64,000 nucleotides of DNA from Lama glama. Lineage: Eukaryota. The notes beneath the pieces were generated by a model, which did no database searches, was not told the DNA's origin, and was given only the letters and a program-made list of their open reading frames with translations. Made by a program: the position numbers and the translations under genes. The stretch lies in NCBI GenBank assembly GCA_028534125.1, contig CM052826.1:13454001-13518000 (forward strand). Reading direction: 5' to 3'. This document shows positions 11,859-25,657 of this stretch, piece by piece; position 1 is the first letter of the stretch, and every line of letters starts with the position of its first letter.

Positions 11859-12744
11859 CAAGAGGGTTTTCATTTTAGGAAACTCCCTAGGTCAAATGCT
11901 GCCCATAAAGTCACACTCTACTAACACTTCATATTGCACTATTCAAAAAATGCCTAAAATGTGTCCACACTGCAGTAATCGAGCTATTAAGGATTACAGG
12001 AGCACAGAGGAAGTGCATGATCGGGGCTTTTATCAGAGAAGAGGCCCACAAAAGAGAACTCTGAAGACCAGGGCACAGGGAGAAGATGAGGGTGAGAGTG
12101 GAAGAAGAGGTCCAGCCGTTGTCTCCCCACCACTTTCCACCAGGGGTCGCCGTGGCTCTGCAGAGAGTACAGAGCTGGAAGCCTGGAGACCTGCCTCTCC
12201 TGGGCTGGGGACCCAAGGATATGAACTTATAGCTGTGGGGTCCAAGGGCTGATCCATATAAAGGGCCGGGCTCTGGGCAGGAAGTAAGACCTCCAAGTTT
12301 ACTATTATACTCAACATGTCAGACATCCCCCAACCCTGGACCCAGGCACCCTCCCCCATATTTGCATATGTGTTTGTCGTTTGCATATACTATGCACGAC
12401 TTACTTTATATGAATGAAATATGTGTGGGATTTGCATGTCCTTTGCATGTCATTAATGTTGCTATTCGTAGACTTGTCCTGCTTTTGTAAGCCTGTTTGA
12501 TGGGAGACAGACTGGGATCCAGGTCCTGGGCCACCTCTGAGAGGTTAAGCTCCCCCTCCCCCAGGTTCCATGAAATGGCATCTCCACTCAGATGGTTAGG
12601 AGCCCCTGGAAGGCATACTCTGTCTGCTTAGGGTCCACAGATTCACTGATGCAAAAGTCACCATAACTTGGGCAGGGTTCTAAGCAAACAGATACAAGAC
12701 AATCCCTTTCAAGTGAAGGGGGCTGCCCTGAGGGAGGCTTAAAG

Positions 12745-12835
12745 GCAAGTTCCGGTTCATCGGGGCTGGGTCAGGCCTGAGAATCTGCATTTTTACCAGC
12801 TCCCAGATGAGGCTACTGCTAGTTCTGGCCAGGTG
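12745..12835. mobile_element. MER5A-like DNA transposon remnant
   Basis: cctgagaatctgcatttttaccagctcccag core resembles MER5A (recall). Confidence 0.5.
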
Positions 12836-12878
12836 TCTTGTTGGGAGAGCTGCTAATATTCTCCCTGATCCACACATC

Positions 12879-13004
12879 TTTGTTTTTTTGAGGGGGTTAA
12901 TTCGGTTTATTCATTTATTTATTTTTAGAGGAGGTACTGGGGATTGAACCCAGGACCTTGCACATGCTAAGCATGCCCTCTACTACCTGAGTTATATCCT
13001 CCCC
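12879..13004 (-). mobile_element. tRNA-derived SINE (Vic-1-like)
   Basis: Reverse-complement match to the copy at 460. Confidence 0.88.
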
Positions 13005-13424
13005 CTGGATGGCACTTTCTGTCTCAAAATGCACATCCAAACTTGGAGGAGCCTGAGGACCTGAATTTTAAAGTAAATCACACAGGAGCAGTTCTGACAG
13101 GCCTCATCCTGGCCCAAGATCGCACTGATTTCCACGAGAATCGCCAGTGGACACCAAAATCAGCAAGGGGAAGTTTGAGGGAGTTAGTGCTATCCTTGCT
13201 AGACTCCCTCAACCAGAGCACTGGGGAAACTGAGGCACGGGAGCTAGCCCTGGGGACGTGTGTGCAGGCCATCTCCCCCACATTCAGGACTCCTCAGCCT
13301 CCTACACTGCACATCCACGTGGAGCCCTCACAGGCCCTGAAAGCCTCTTCTCCCAACACTGGTCCAGCTGCCCTACCAGGGCCTCTGCACACCAGGGAGA
13401 CCTGTCAGGAGAGGCTGGACCCCT

Positions 13425-13560
13425 GCCTGAGCCCAAGTTCAAATCCTGCCTCTGCCTCCCATGAGCTGTCCTCCCTGAGCCTCAGTTTTTCCCCCTGTGA
13501 AGTGGAAATATACGTAGCTCCTGCCTCCTAAGACTTGGTGGGAATCACGTGAGTACAGAG
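13425..13560. mobile_element. MIR SINE remnant (one of many, e.g. ~15450, ~29410, ~49800)
   Basis: ctgagcctcagtttt-ccc-ctgtgaagtgg MIR core. Confidence 0.6.
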
Positions 13561-16500
13561 GACCCAAATTACTGAGGATGGTGTACATGTTCCCAGTGAG
13601 TCTAGGTTTATCTTGCCCCCATTCTGCCAAGAGGGACACTGAGACAGGAAGACAGGAGGGCAGTGGTCTGACCAAGGACAGCCTGGCTCAGGCTGCCACA
13701 ATTTCTATGAGCCTCTGTAAGGGCCAGAGGGTAGACTTGAGGGTGGACTGTCCCATCTCCCTGCCTGTTCTCCACTGGGCTGCCAGGGGGCAATCTGACA
13801 ACTTGAATGCAATCCAGGACTGTTTACTTACCAGGCCATGGTTTCACCTCCCCCTCAAAATCCAATTACCTTTTCTTCCCATAGGAAGTCTGTCTTTGAC
13901 GTCAGTTCCCTCTTCACTGGCCCCCTCACTACCCCTCCCATAAACACATCCCCACCCCAGGGCCTTTGCATTGACTGTTCCTTCTGCCTGAGCACCCTCT
14001 TCCCTTCTTTGCTATTCTATCCCTTCCTTCACCTCTGCTCCCATCCAGCTCCCCCACAACCACTCTCCCCACGCACTGACCCTCAGCGTTCCCTACTTTC
14101 CCCTCCCCAGCTTTCTTCTCCCTCTAGTCGCTCCCTCCTCACTGGCCAGCCAGTGTTCAAGGGATAGGAGCACATGAGGTCCCAAGGGCGTTTTGGTTTC
14201 TCCTGCCTGGCACCTTGTTCTCTTCTGGAATAGAGATGGGGCAGCTGTGGGCATGGCTCCGGTTAATCTTGCTTTGGTGCATCACCAAGCCCCACCCAGG
14301 ATCTGCCCCTCTCTGGTTCTCAGTCTTACTTCTGCCTGGCCGAAGGGGATTTTCGGGACCAAAGTGAGTCCTGGGGAGGGTTGAGAGGTGAGGAGAGCTG
14401 TGGTCCTGCGGAAGGGAGGTCTGCGGCCTCATTCACCCCACGTTGGCTGTTCATCAAAGTCCCCAAAAGCTTCTGGTTTAATTTCGCCATCTCTCCTGGG
14501 ACGAGGCAGAATCAGGAGACCAGGCAGCCACGTATTCTCGGTCCTTCTGGACCCTACCTCTCACCTGACCCATCCACTTCCTGGAACCTCCGAGCGACAC
14601 TCAAGATTCTTGACCCTTTCTATGGCCCTTCTCCTCATCTGGCCCCTCCCCAGCCCTGGCTCCACCCCTTAGGGACTTCTGTCACGCCCCCGATTCTGGT
14701 CCTGCCTCCTCCCCTGAATCTCCTGCACTTGCACCTGCCAGTTCCAGTGAGGCCCCAAACCCTAGTAAACCCTAGGAAAGATGTTTGTTTCCCGAGGCTC
14801 CAGGAGGCATTTCAGAACCAGCCACCCCAGAGCCCTAGGGGAAGTCTGGAGGCCCTCAGACCCAAGTGGAGAAATTGAGCCCCTGATTTAGGTGCTTTGG
14901 GGGGTTTTAATCTCCCCCATCCAGTACCACTGCAAAGCCCTGAGGGGTGGCAGTTGCTGAGGGAGGGGAACTGGAGCTGCCTGGGACAGCCCAGCTGCAA
15001 CCCCTGCCCCTCTCTCGCATGTTACTGAGGGTCATGATTGCAGTTACTGAGCATCTACTGCACCAAGACCAGAAGACGCAGAGGCTGTTGTCAGTTCCAT
15101 CCCACGCTAGGGAAACTGAGGCCATGGGGATACTGGGGGCAGGGCCTGGGTTTGACACAAGAGGCTGAATTTTGTGCTCAGAGGTCTCTGTGGTGACCCA
15201 GCAAGAGTTCACTTCAAACCCCTGCCCCAAATGACAGGGATCATGAGAGCTGTGGAGGGTGTGTGAGCAGGGGCGTGACCAGAGCCTGTGGGATGCCCGG
15301 GACTCTCAGGCCGGCCCCTGTGGCTCAGGCTGCACCCCCTGCTTTGGCCTCCAGGGGCCGCCCCAGCCCCAAAGACAAGGTCACCAGGCTCCTCTCCTGG
15401 TGCTAGCGGAGATGGATCCTACTTCCAGAAGCTGCCCCTGCTACCCCAGAGTGCCTCAGTTCCCCCATCTGTAAAGAGAGCAATGATAGGAACAGCCTCA
15501 CTGGGAGGGGCAGTGAAGAGATGCCTGTAAAGTGCTCCAGCATCCAGTATGTGCTCAATGGATGTGTAAGCCACCTGCCCAGCCTGTGGCTCAGGCAGGT
15601 ACACAGACAGATCAGTGCTGAAATGTGGCCATGGGGCAAGGAGAACATTCTGGGAAGAGACACTTGGGTCCACTCAGAACACCCTGAATCCAAAGTTCAT
15701 GGAAAAGGTCTAAAGACCCAGGAGAGGGCTGGACCCACAGGGGGGTGTTGGGTGAGGGGAGCCTAGGCTTTAGTGACCTCCCCTCCATGTTCTTAAGGAA
15801 GCCAAAGCTTTCTGTGGGAAATGGGTCCAATTATAGGCTCCTAGCTTCCAGGTATGACAGCTGTGAAGTGGTGAGCTCCCCGTGGTTATGGGCATGCAAG
15901 AAGACAAGAGGTCTCCAACAGTATCTGGGCCAGGGCCCAAGCCAAGAGGCCTAATTCTCCAAGGACTTATTAGGAGGCAGGTCACAGCCTGACTACAGGA
16001 GACCAAGGGTGGCATCACTCAGCAGCTGGATCTCCTGGTCAGAGACAGCAGGTTCCAAGCAGCTAGAGAACGAACATTCCTCCACTCCAGGCGCCGGGCA
16101 GGCCACTCCTGCCTGGTAAAACGTAAGTTGGGCCTGGCCCCGTGGACTGCGTGTTTTTCCAGTGGCTTCTTCAGCCACAGCCCGACCACAACCTAAATTC
16201 CGTCGGGTCGGCCATTTCCAAGTGTTTGTGTTCAGCTGGGCCAGACGGCGGGCCTTTGGCCTTGGCCTCCCAGAAGGTCTGGAGAAGCACCCCCAGCCTC
16301 CTGCTCAGATATCCCTCTGCTTAGAAGCCGCTCATTAAAACTTCTCAGCAGCCAATGACAAAGAATAAGGGAGAGACACGATCTTGCTGAGGAGGCCCGG
16401 GAGAGCTTGTGTGTCCCATAAGCAGAGACCTTCCTCCTGGGCCGGGACCCCAGATATAAAGACACGACCCTTGGCAAAGCTGACTTCTTGGAGCCCCAAT

Positions 16501-19500
16501 AAATGCTGACCTTCAAATTTTAGGGTCAACTTGGGACCAGGTCAGCAGCCACAATTGCACATCAGAAGCCATGGGTGTGTGTGAACAGCCTTGCTTCCAT
16601 GCGGAACCCTGGGCAACTATTTCTCTCTCTCAGCCTTGCTTTCCCCAGCTGTAAGCTAGAGATAATAATAGAACCTACCTAAAAGGTTGTTGACAGGATC
16701 CAACCCAATGCTTGGCAGGTGCTTCACAAACCTGAGGCCTCTTCTATGCCTCCAGGCTGGGTCTGGGTCTGCCTCCTGCATTGGACCAAAAGCTCCTTGA
16801 GGGGAGAGTCTGGGCTCTCCAGAGGAGATAGTGAATGGGAGTTAATCTGACCGTGTCTCTCCCCTGCTCAAAATTCTCACAGACAGAAGGTAAATCCTAA
16901 AACCAGCATTCAAGACCTTTGGACATCTAATTTTGGATCGGCAAACTCCTATTCACTCTTCAAAGCCTGTATCAAATGTCCTCTCTGCCAGAAGGCCTTT
17001 GTGGAACTTCCTCTGGATTTTTTCAGCCACTGGTCCTCCTGCTGGTCCAAGCCTGATCTCACAGGCTGAGGTATCTGGGCCTGGCTCTGCCTCTCTCTTC
17101 AGAAGGGGGCTCCGGGCTGAGTCTGGGCAGGATGGAGGGTATCTGAACCCACAGATCTACATGGAGACATCACATGAGAGCCCATGTGTGGCCATCTGTG
17201 TGTTTTATGTCCCTGTCCCTGTGCAGGGCCCCCGAGAGGGGCAGTCAGGCCAACTCCCCCTACACCACCTGAGACAGCGGCATCTTTTCGAGACAAGGAG
17301 TGTGGGCTGAGCAGTGCCCCCTGTGAGGAAGCCTGGCTTGGCTGGAAGCTCATTTGTCCACAGACCCTCCGCCTGGAAGAACTGGGGATGTGAGCAGCTG
17401 GCCTCCGCCTCTGCCTCCACCACGCTGGCACTATGTTTTGTGACCCACCATTATGGCTCAGCTCCATCTGGGATGAAGGAGGGGCTGGGGCCCAGGGGAG
17501 GGCCTCCCCCCACTGCCCTTATGGAAACCCCGCCAGGCAGCCTTCGAAGACATACCTGAGGTTTGGCAGCACCCAGCCAGCCAGCCCCCAGGGCTGAGTC
17601 AGCAGGAAGGGATTCAGGACTTCCCAGGAAAAGCAGCTGGGACCTCGAGGGGCCCCCAACCCCCGGCCCACGCCCTCCCCAGGGCTGCCGGAGTGTGGGA
17701 GGTGCCACATGCACCTGGCTGCACCCGGTCTCCTTTGAGGGACTGAATTGTAGGGGTTTGAGGCAGGTTAGAATCAGCCCTGACTTGGGCGGTCAGGGCG
17801 TTTGCAGGCCAGAGTGTCCCCAAGTAGGGGGTGACAACCAGTGACTATGGGTGTTGATGCCCTGCTGTGCACAGGTGCTCTCGGCTGCCCACGCCCCCTC
17901 AGGACCCTGCCGTAGGCCTGTGTGTCAATGTGACAGTGTCTGCCCAGGCAGCTGTGAGGGGTGGGACAGCATCTGGACAGACTGTCCCATCCAGGGTGAC
18001 CAGCAAATCCAGCTGCATGCACTTTAAAGGGATGACTTGTTGGGGGCTGCAATTAAGAGGCAGTGCAGCCAAATAAGTGACAAGAAGGTGGCCTGTGGTG
18101 TGGGAGGGAGTGTTGACCAGGGAGGACAGGGACAGGGCGTCACCAGGGCAGTGTGACTGCGGGACCCATGGTGAAGACACTGGACTCCGTGTGTCACATC
18201 CGCTTGGCTGCACCGTGGCTGTGACCCTGGGGAGGGCAGTGGATGTTTCCCTGCATCCATCCCAAAATATCGGTGTCTGTTGCGCCCCTATCCCTAGGGT
18301 CTCCTCCCTCCTGCCTGCCCAGACCCACCACCCTAGGCCTTGGGGTCTGGCCTCAGCTCCTGCCGTGGGAGGGGTCAGGCAGCAGGACATCAGTGTTCAG
18401 CTGGCCAGCTCTTTCTCCGCTGGCACCCTGCCTCTGTTTCCACTATTAAAATGCAAGCATTCCCCCCACCCTACTGAAGCCAGGTCTCTCCGCCAGGCTG
18501 GCTCCAGTCTTTGGGGTCTGCGCCTGGGTCATACCCAACTCTGAGGGCTGATGAGGGAGACAGACGGGGCCGGGGAAGTGGTGGGTGGCCGCGCCAGGGC
18601 CACGAGGCCCCGATGGAGGAGCCAGCAATGTTCAGCCAGGACAGGAGGCAGCTGGAGGAGAGGGGCCGCTGGGCTGCCGGTTTGGACCCTGCAAGGGCTG
18701 CCATGTGGGAGGGAGCAGACCCTAGTTCCATAAAGGAAATAGTTTCCAACAAGCTGAATCCCGCAGAGGAGTCTTTGTTATGAGAAATTGTGTGACTTAT
18801 CCCTGCTCCAGCACCTTCTGTGGCTCCCAATCACCCACTGGAGACTCTTCAGCTCCTCGCTGGCATTCAAGGCCCTGTTCATCTCCCCTATATGTTTCCC
18901 TTCTGCTGCTGCTCTTTGTGCCTTCTTGAAGTTTCCCTCCTCAGCCTTCACCTATACATTTCCAGCTGCCTGGTATGCCCTTCCTACTTTGCCAACCTGG
19001 CAAACTCCTACACATCCTTCAAGACCCCATGCCTATATCCCCTTCTCTGGGAAACACTGTCCTTCCCTTCAGTCCATGGTGTCCCCATTTGCTGTGTGAC
19101 CCTGGGCAAGTCCCTTCAGCTATGAAACAGATGTGTGTATGTGTGAAAAATCATCCTGCCTAAAAGCATATTTGGGCCCCAAGACAATAAATATACATTA
19201 AATGCCCTCAAACTGAGTTAGGTTTTGGTGGGAGACAGAGAAGTCTTTGTATCCAGTCAGTGCTCAATGCGTGTTCATTTTTATCTTCCTCTTCTTGGAT
19301 TCTGTGGGTTGAAGATGCTCTTGATTTTAGCACTGTTCCAAGATTTTTCTCCCACTCACAGTACTAGGAATTTTAAGAACCCCTGGTTCTAAAATTATAA
19401 GTCTAAAATGCCGTGGGCGAGACCAAGGGCCTCCTTATGCCCTGAGCTGACCCTAGGGTGGCTGGAGCTGGGGTCTCCGGGGGGACCACATGCCCCCCAT

Positions 19501-21712
19501 GCCCAAGGCTGATGGGGTATGGTCTGGCAGCCACAATTTTGGGGGGAGAGCAATGGATTTACCAGGAGGCCAATGCCCCAGGAGGGAGGGGGCGGGACTC
19601 CTGGCTCAGAGGCTAGAACGGGGTCACAAGGCAGCATCCAGAAGCACCAGGCTGTCAGCTCAGAGTCGTGGCTTCCTTCTCTTGGAGACTCAGTTTCTTC
19701 ATCTGAATATTGGGGCCAAGTGCTGCCCTCTTGAAGAGTCATCAGCAGGGATGGGGAGTCACTGGGGCAACAGCCCCTGCCCTGTGCCAAACATTTTCTT
19801 GGGCTGTGCCCTCTGCTTGGAACAGTCTCCCTGGCCCACTTCCCTCTAGAAGTCCCTTCTCACGCCTGGTCAAACCACAGCAGTTGAGGAGGGGGCTTGC
19901 AGATAACACCCATCACCCCTGTTCTGCCCTAGGGAACCAGGGTGCCAGCAGCCTGCCCCAAATTCAGCTGCCCTAGACCTGGCAGTGGCCACGGCCCCAA
20001 CACTCAATGAAAGGTATTTGGCAGCAGGGCTTGACACCTCATCACACTCAGCCTAGAAGCCAGCTTCTCCTACTGGCTGCAGGGGGAAGCCCCCACACAC
20101 ACACCCCCTCCAACTCCTGTGGCTCCTCAGGACCCCAGTAGGCAGGCCCAGGGTCTGCACTGCCTTGGTGGGGGCCTACCTCTCTGAGCCTCCCTGTCAG
20201 CTTGGGGTAGACACAGTTAGTCTGGATAAATACTCATGTCCATGGGTCCCAGGGGCCTCAAAGCTTTCTTCCCTCTCTTGTCCAACACGGCCTATCCAAG
20301 GAGAGACTGGGGTGCTGGCACCCGGGGCTTCCAAACCTTGACTCCAAGCAGAGCCCTGGGGGCCACCCTCATAGATGGGTTGGTACCCTCGGGTTTGCCA
20401 GATTCTCCCAGACCCTCCAGACCCTTAATGCTGCCCCCTAGGCAGGGGAAGGTGTTCCCATGAATGGAATGGCCTGAGTAAAGGCGTGAGGGCTGGAGAG
20501 GTTGGAGGTTGTCCACTGGAGAGTTCTTCCGATGGGCAGAGCGTGAACCCCACAGGCATGTTGGGGTCTGTCTGTGAGCCACTCTCCCCACCAAGGCCTT
20601 CTCTGGGCCACCATTGTTGGCACAGAGCTGAAATTTAATGCTGTCCTCTAAACGCTGAGCAGGCACATGGTAAGGTGGACGGGAGGGCTAGGGGTGGGCA
20701 GGCGAGCGGGCAGAGCGGGTAGCTGATAGCAGGGGATGTAGGCGGGCGGGTAGGTGTGCGGGAGGCCTGAGCATGCGCTGGGATAAGGGAACACCCCGCA
20801 CTTCAAATCACTGTCATCACCCTCTCCCCGGGGCAATCAGCCAAGCACCATGCTCCCCACCTCAGGTCCCCAGAAGCGCCACACCAATGGCTTCGAGGGG
20901 CTGACATCTCCAGGCCAATGGAGTCTCGGGCATGTTCTTGAGGAGGCTGCCAGGCCATCCAGGGAGCCCCTGCTCCTGCCGGGATTCACTCCAGGGCCCA
21001 GGCAGCTCTTCGCCTCTCCTTTTAGGACCTCGATTTCTCAGTCTGGAAAGTGGGGGTGTGGTCAGAATAGCACCTGCCCCATGAGGTGCCAGGAGAACTC
21101 GCCTGGCCGTGCACAGACTGCAAGCATGCGATGGTTCTGCACCTCCAGACTGAGGAGCCTAGTGAGGTCAGAGGGTTCAGGACCATGGCCTTGGGCAGCC
21201 CAGTCACTGTGTGGTCAAGGCGTGGCCCGGCCTCAGTTGGGCGGGGGACCCCGGGCAGGGCCGCTGTGACCCCAGCTGAGGAAGTCCAGGGCGGCCTCAA
21301 TTCCTGCCTCCTGGGGCAAGCGCTCCTGCCAGGGCCTCTCCCTGACCACTGTAGCCCATGGGCCTGTGGCCAGGTGGGAGCCACTGATCACAGCCAGGCG
21401 AGGAGGAGAAGGCCAGGGAAGCAGCTGCTGCTATGTTCAGCGGTCAGGGCTGCACAGGCTCGGGCCGCTCATGACTCGGCTCTGTGCACACGTGTCGCAG
21501 ACACACTTTGGGCAGCGGTTGGGACCCACATGCCTGCCTGAGGCGTGTCCGTGGCCTCATGGGGGCCTCCGTGCCATTTACATACTCATGTCCGTGTGTG
21601 TTTCAGGCCTGATCCTGCCTGCCAAGGTGCCTAAGGTGCCTCTGGATCTGGCAGCCCCAGCCTCTGTCCTTCTCTCCCTAGAACTGACACCATGAGTTGG
21701 AAATGAAGCATC

Positions 21713-21718
21713 TTTAAT
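21713..21718 (-). terminator. CILP2 candidate poly(A) signal ATTAAA
   Basis: tttaat on + strand, ~560 nt past the CILP2 stop. Confidence 0.6.
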
Positions 21719-22278
21719 TGATTCCTTGCGCCAAACCCCCTGGGGAATCTCCAAGCACCAAACATGTGAGAATTATGCCTCCCAGCCCCAGAGCCAAGAA
21801 GCCCCTTCCCTAGACCTTCAATGGGCCACACCCAGACTCCCCACTCACACCTGTGACCAGCCCTTCAGGCTTTGTTTCAATAAATAACCCCAAGAACAGA
21901 GCTCAGGGCAGAGGACCCAATAAAGCACTTAGCTCAGTGCAGAAATCTAAAGGGGCAGACTCTCTGAAATCAGGGTCAAAATACTCATGAAATCAGAGCC
22001 AGAATGTGAGCTGGGAAAGATTCTCTTGGGGCCTCAGACGCCTGTCCTGACGGTCTCCCAGGATGTTGGCTCCCACACGGGATGAACTCCATTTCACATC
22101 ACACAGCAACAATCACCTGCCTGGCATTTCCACCATTAGGCCCTACTCTGAATCTGGGCAGGGGAAGGGGGTACCCAGAAACCTGAAGAGAGAACAAGCA
22201 TCTGGAGAAGCAAGGGGTGAGACTTCCCAGGGACAGAGGAGTCTGGAGCAGGGCAGAGGAGCAAGGCTGGGGCCCAGG

Positions 22279-24614
22279 TCACTGCTGGGCCCTGCCTCGG
22301 CGGGTGCGGAGGGGACCCGAGGCTCGGGCCTGTGCCCGGGCCACCTCGCCCATCTCCCTGCGGATGTCACCAAGCGCTGTCGATGGGGACTCCAGCAGTC
22401 TCTGGAAGAGGCTGGGCCGGCCCGCTGGTGGCTCCCGGCACTGAAAGGTAACAGCTGTGCCAGCATCGGCCTTCATCTCCCTGGAGAAGCCATCAGAAGA
22501 GCCATCAAAGCAGCGGCCAATGGCGATCTCCTTGGCCAGCCGTGGGCTCTGGTCAGTGACTGTATAGACACCATAATTGTGACCCAGAGGGTCCAACGGG
22601 GCCAACATGGAGAAGGCAGACAGGTCATCGGCTGGTGGGGATGGGGGGTGCCTGGTCAAGTAATCCTGCAGGAGTCCGTTGACGGCCACACGCCGGCAGC
22701 TGCCCTGGGGCATGATGGTCACCAGTGTCCTGTCCACCTGACGCTGGTCGAACAGCATCCCGCTGCACTTGAATTCCACACAGGCGGCAGATGTGCTAGG
22801 GCGCTCAGGGTCTCGGACACTGCGCGCATCCCGAAGCCCATAGAGCTGGCCCTGGGTTCGCGGGTGGCTGCCCCCTGCGTTGTGGGAGCGGACCATGTAC
22901 TCCTGGGGGCCCTGGATCTTCACCTTAAGGAAGCAGGCCCGGAATTCCTGCGGGTTGGGCCACCAAGACAGGAGATCTCCAGTCCAGGAGGCCGGCGCGC
23001 CCTCGCGGAAGGGGACCACGTTGTACTCATATTTGTCAGCCTCCACGCGAGAGAAGCGGAAGTGGCTGGCGGTCACCGGGGCCTCCTGGCACTCCCGCAG
23101 GCTGCGCCACGGGTACACGGGGCCGTTGGCCTCGGCGGCGTCGCCCGATCTGGGTTTGGCCAGGTTGATGCGGAAGCCATTGCGTTTGAAGGAGGGGTCA
23201 TCGTGGTCGGTACGGCGGTAACCCAGCCTGTCCAGGTAGGGCTGGGTCACGCCCACGGTGGCCGCGAGGGGGCGGGGCCGGGACGGGGCGGGCTCCAGCT
23301 CCTCCCCGCCCAGGGTGGCGGTGACCAGGGCGGTGTAGGCATCCGGCCGGTCGGCATCGCAGAAGGCGGGGAGGCAGGCGCCGTTAGGGCCGGTGACGGC
23401 GCTGTCGAAGCGGCCCCAGGAGCGGGGATTGGCCGAGTAGCCGGGGGCAGGCTCCAGGTTGACCAGAGTGACTACCACACCCTCCACCTGCTCATTGGGG
23501 GTGAACTTGTCGTTGGCGTAGGCGCGCACCTTGACGAAGCAGCGGCGGCGCTCGGGCACGTCCAGGTTGAACAGACGCCGCTCCCGTATCTCCACGTTGC
23601 CCACCAGGAAGACCCGCTCCTCCCGGCGGACCCGCGGGGCGGCCGACCTTTCACGCTGGAATCCGCTCTCCTCTTCCCACAAGCCCGTGTCGGGGTTCAG
23701 TGACCACAGCTTCAGGGCCTCCACGTGACCGGCCATTCGGATCTGGCTGGCGGCCACGCGCACGGCCACCGGCCCAGTCTGCAGCTGCTCCCCGGAGCCA
23801 GCGGCACGGAGGTCAACGGAGAACATGCCGTAGGTGCGCAGTGGGGCCAGCTCCCCGTCACTGTCCACGAAGCGTAGGTCACTGGGGGCCGCGGCCGCTG
23901 AGGTAAGATCTCGAGGGTCCACGAACGTCACCCGGGCCTCCACAGGCCCAGAGTAGGGTTCACCGTCGGCTCTGCGGAAGGCTCCCGGCGGGATGACCAG
24001 CTCACCTAAGGGGTCCTCGTCTTCCAGCTCCCCAAGGGATATTGTATTGCTCTGGCTGGCATCTAAGATGACAGGGGCTTTCTTGCGCATGGCCTTGACC
24101 TCGTGGTACACGCCAGCACCTCGAGGGTCAAAAGGCAGGACCCTGACAGTGTCCACGAACTGGCCCCTGGGGTCCACAAAAGTAATCACCAGCCTCTGGG
24201 TGGAAGGTGGCACCTCGATGGTGAAGTCGCCCTGGTAGGATGTGAAGCCAATGGGCTCCCGGCCCAGGAGGATCTGGGCAAAGCGCAAGGGCTCCCTGGA
24301 GTCAGCCGCCACCACACGTCCCCGGATCAGCCCCCGAGGGGGCAGACATTTCTGGCAGCCACACTCAGCCACTATCTTGACTGGGAGGAGAGAGCCAGAG
24401 CAGTGGATCTTCCTGCTCTCCAGGCGGCGCACGGAGCAGCAGCGGGAGCCTGTATCCCCACAGCGGGGGCCCGAGCCTGCAGGGCTGGGGCAGAGGGTGT
24501 CAGGGCAGAGGCCTACATCCAGGTAGGCAGGGCTGCCGCCTGGCTGAGTGCACTCATCTGGAAGTTTGATGAAGTGTTCTCGGGGCTGCGGGTTGCAGGC
24601 TGGCTGGCCTGGGG
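22279..24614 (-). CDS. CILP2: CILP2 exon 8, large terminal coding exon
   Basis: Acceptor ttgctccacag|; 2336 coding bp containing ORF 22279..24432; basic RVRR/EERVFLVG cleavage-like site and the C-terminal CILP C2 region. The eight exons sum to 3471 nt (1156 aa). Confidence 0.98.
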
Positions 24615-24861
24615 CTGTGGAGCAAGAAATCAGCCAGATCAGGGTAAAGGGGAGAGCTCCATCAAGGCCAAGGTTGGGGCCTGGTTTGGGGTCAAAGGCT
24701 CAAACTGAGGGCTCAGTGGGGGTCTGGTATCAGTCTGAGCAGGTCAGAGATCAGTCTGAAGTTGGGGCTCCATTTGAGGTTGAGTTTTAGCTGGACATAG
24801 GGCTCAGTTTGGTGTCAGGGCTTGCTCAGGGTTGGGGGAAGGGTGTGCTGAAGATGCTCAC

Positions 24862-25019
24862 CAAGCACAGTGAGCCGGGCGGTACCCGAGCGCACGGCCC
24901 CCGCGTCATTCCACGCTTTGCAGTGGTAGGTGCCTGCCTGGTCTGGGTGAAGCCCATGCAGCTCCAGGTGGGCCCCATACCTGTGCGTTCGCCTGTCCAG
25001 CAGGGTCCCATTGTGGAAC
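24862..25019 (-). CDS. CILP2: CILP2 exon 7, Ig-like domain
   Basis: 158 bp, GT-AG; FHNGTLLDRRTHRYGAHLELHGLHPDQAGTYHCKAWNDAGAVRSGTARLTVL. Confidence 0.95.
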
Positions 25020-25182
25020 CTGGATGGTGAATGAACAATACAATGGGTGCCCTTGGCACAAGGGAGGGGCTGTCTCTGTCCCACCCCATATACAACACAG
25101 GAGGTTGCAGAGCAGCTCTGGGAAGTCCAGTCCAACCCAAAAGCTAGGCACAACTCTCCTGAGCATGGGGCAGGTCACTCAC

Positions 25183-25291
25183 CAGGAGTATTTCTTGGGC
25201 ATGGGGGTGCCTGAAGCTTTGCAGCAGAAGGTCACATTCTGGCCAACCTCTCGCACTCGGGACTCGGGGTGCTTCACCAGATAGGGTTTCT
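25183..25291 (-). CDS. CILP2: CILP2 exon 6
   Basis: 109 bp, GT-AG; KPYLVKHPESRVREVGQNVTFCCKASGTPMPKKYSW. Confidence 0.95.
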
Positions 25292-25657
25292 CTGGGAGCA
25301 GAGGCAACAAAGGTCACAGCCCTGCCCCATCCCAGCTTCTCCCAACAACCCTCCCCAAGAGCAGGGCTCCATCCTTTCCCTTACAGTAATGTCCTATTTC
25401 ACTTGGGCCTTTTCTGATGAGTCTCCCCCAACTCAAGTTCACCCCACATCTGCTGGAGGCTGTGCTCCTAATGCTTAGTCTTAATGCTTCCCTCTGCAAC
25501 TCTACGTCTCACCTCGAGTCTTCTCCAAAGACCATTACATCTTATTTCTCACCCCACTGACCTCACTCTGCATCACATCATCCCAAGTGCTTGGTGTCAC
25601 CCAGAATGTCCTCCCCAGTTCCTCAGCACCCCCATCCCTCTGGCTTGAGGCACTTAC

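Noticed and set aside
10820-21700. Hidden protein-coding gene between PBX4 and CILP2
   Set aside because: Many short GC-rich ORFs, but none with a recognisable domain or a phase-consistent exon chain; the region holds MIR, L2, MER and SINE remnants
22063-23703. 546-aa + strand ORF
   Set aside because: Antisense shadow of the GC3-rich CILP2 exon 8; no recognisable domain and no independent promoter evidence
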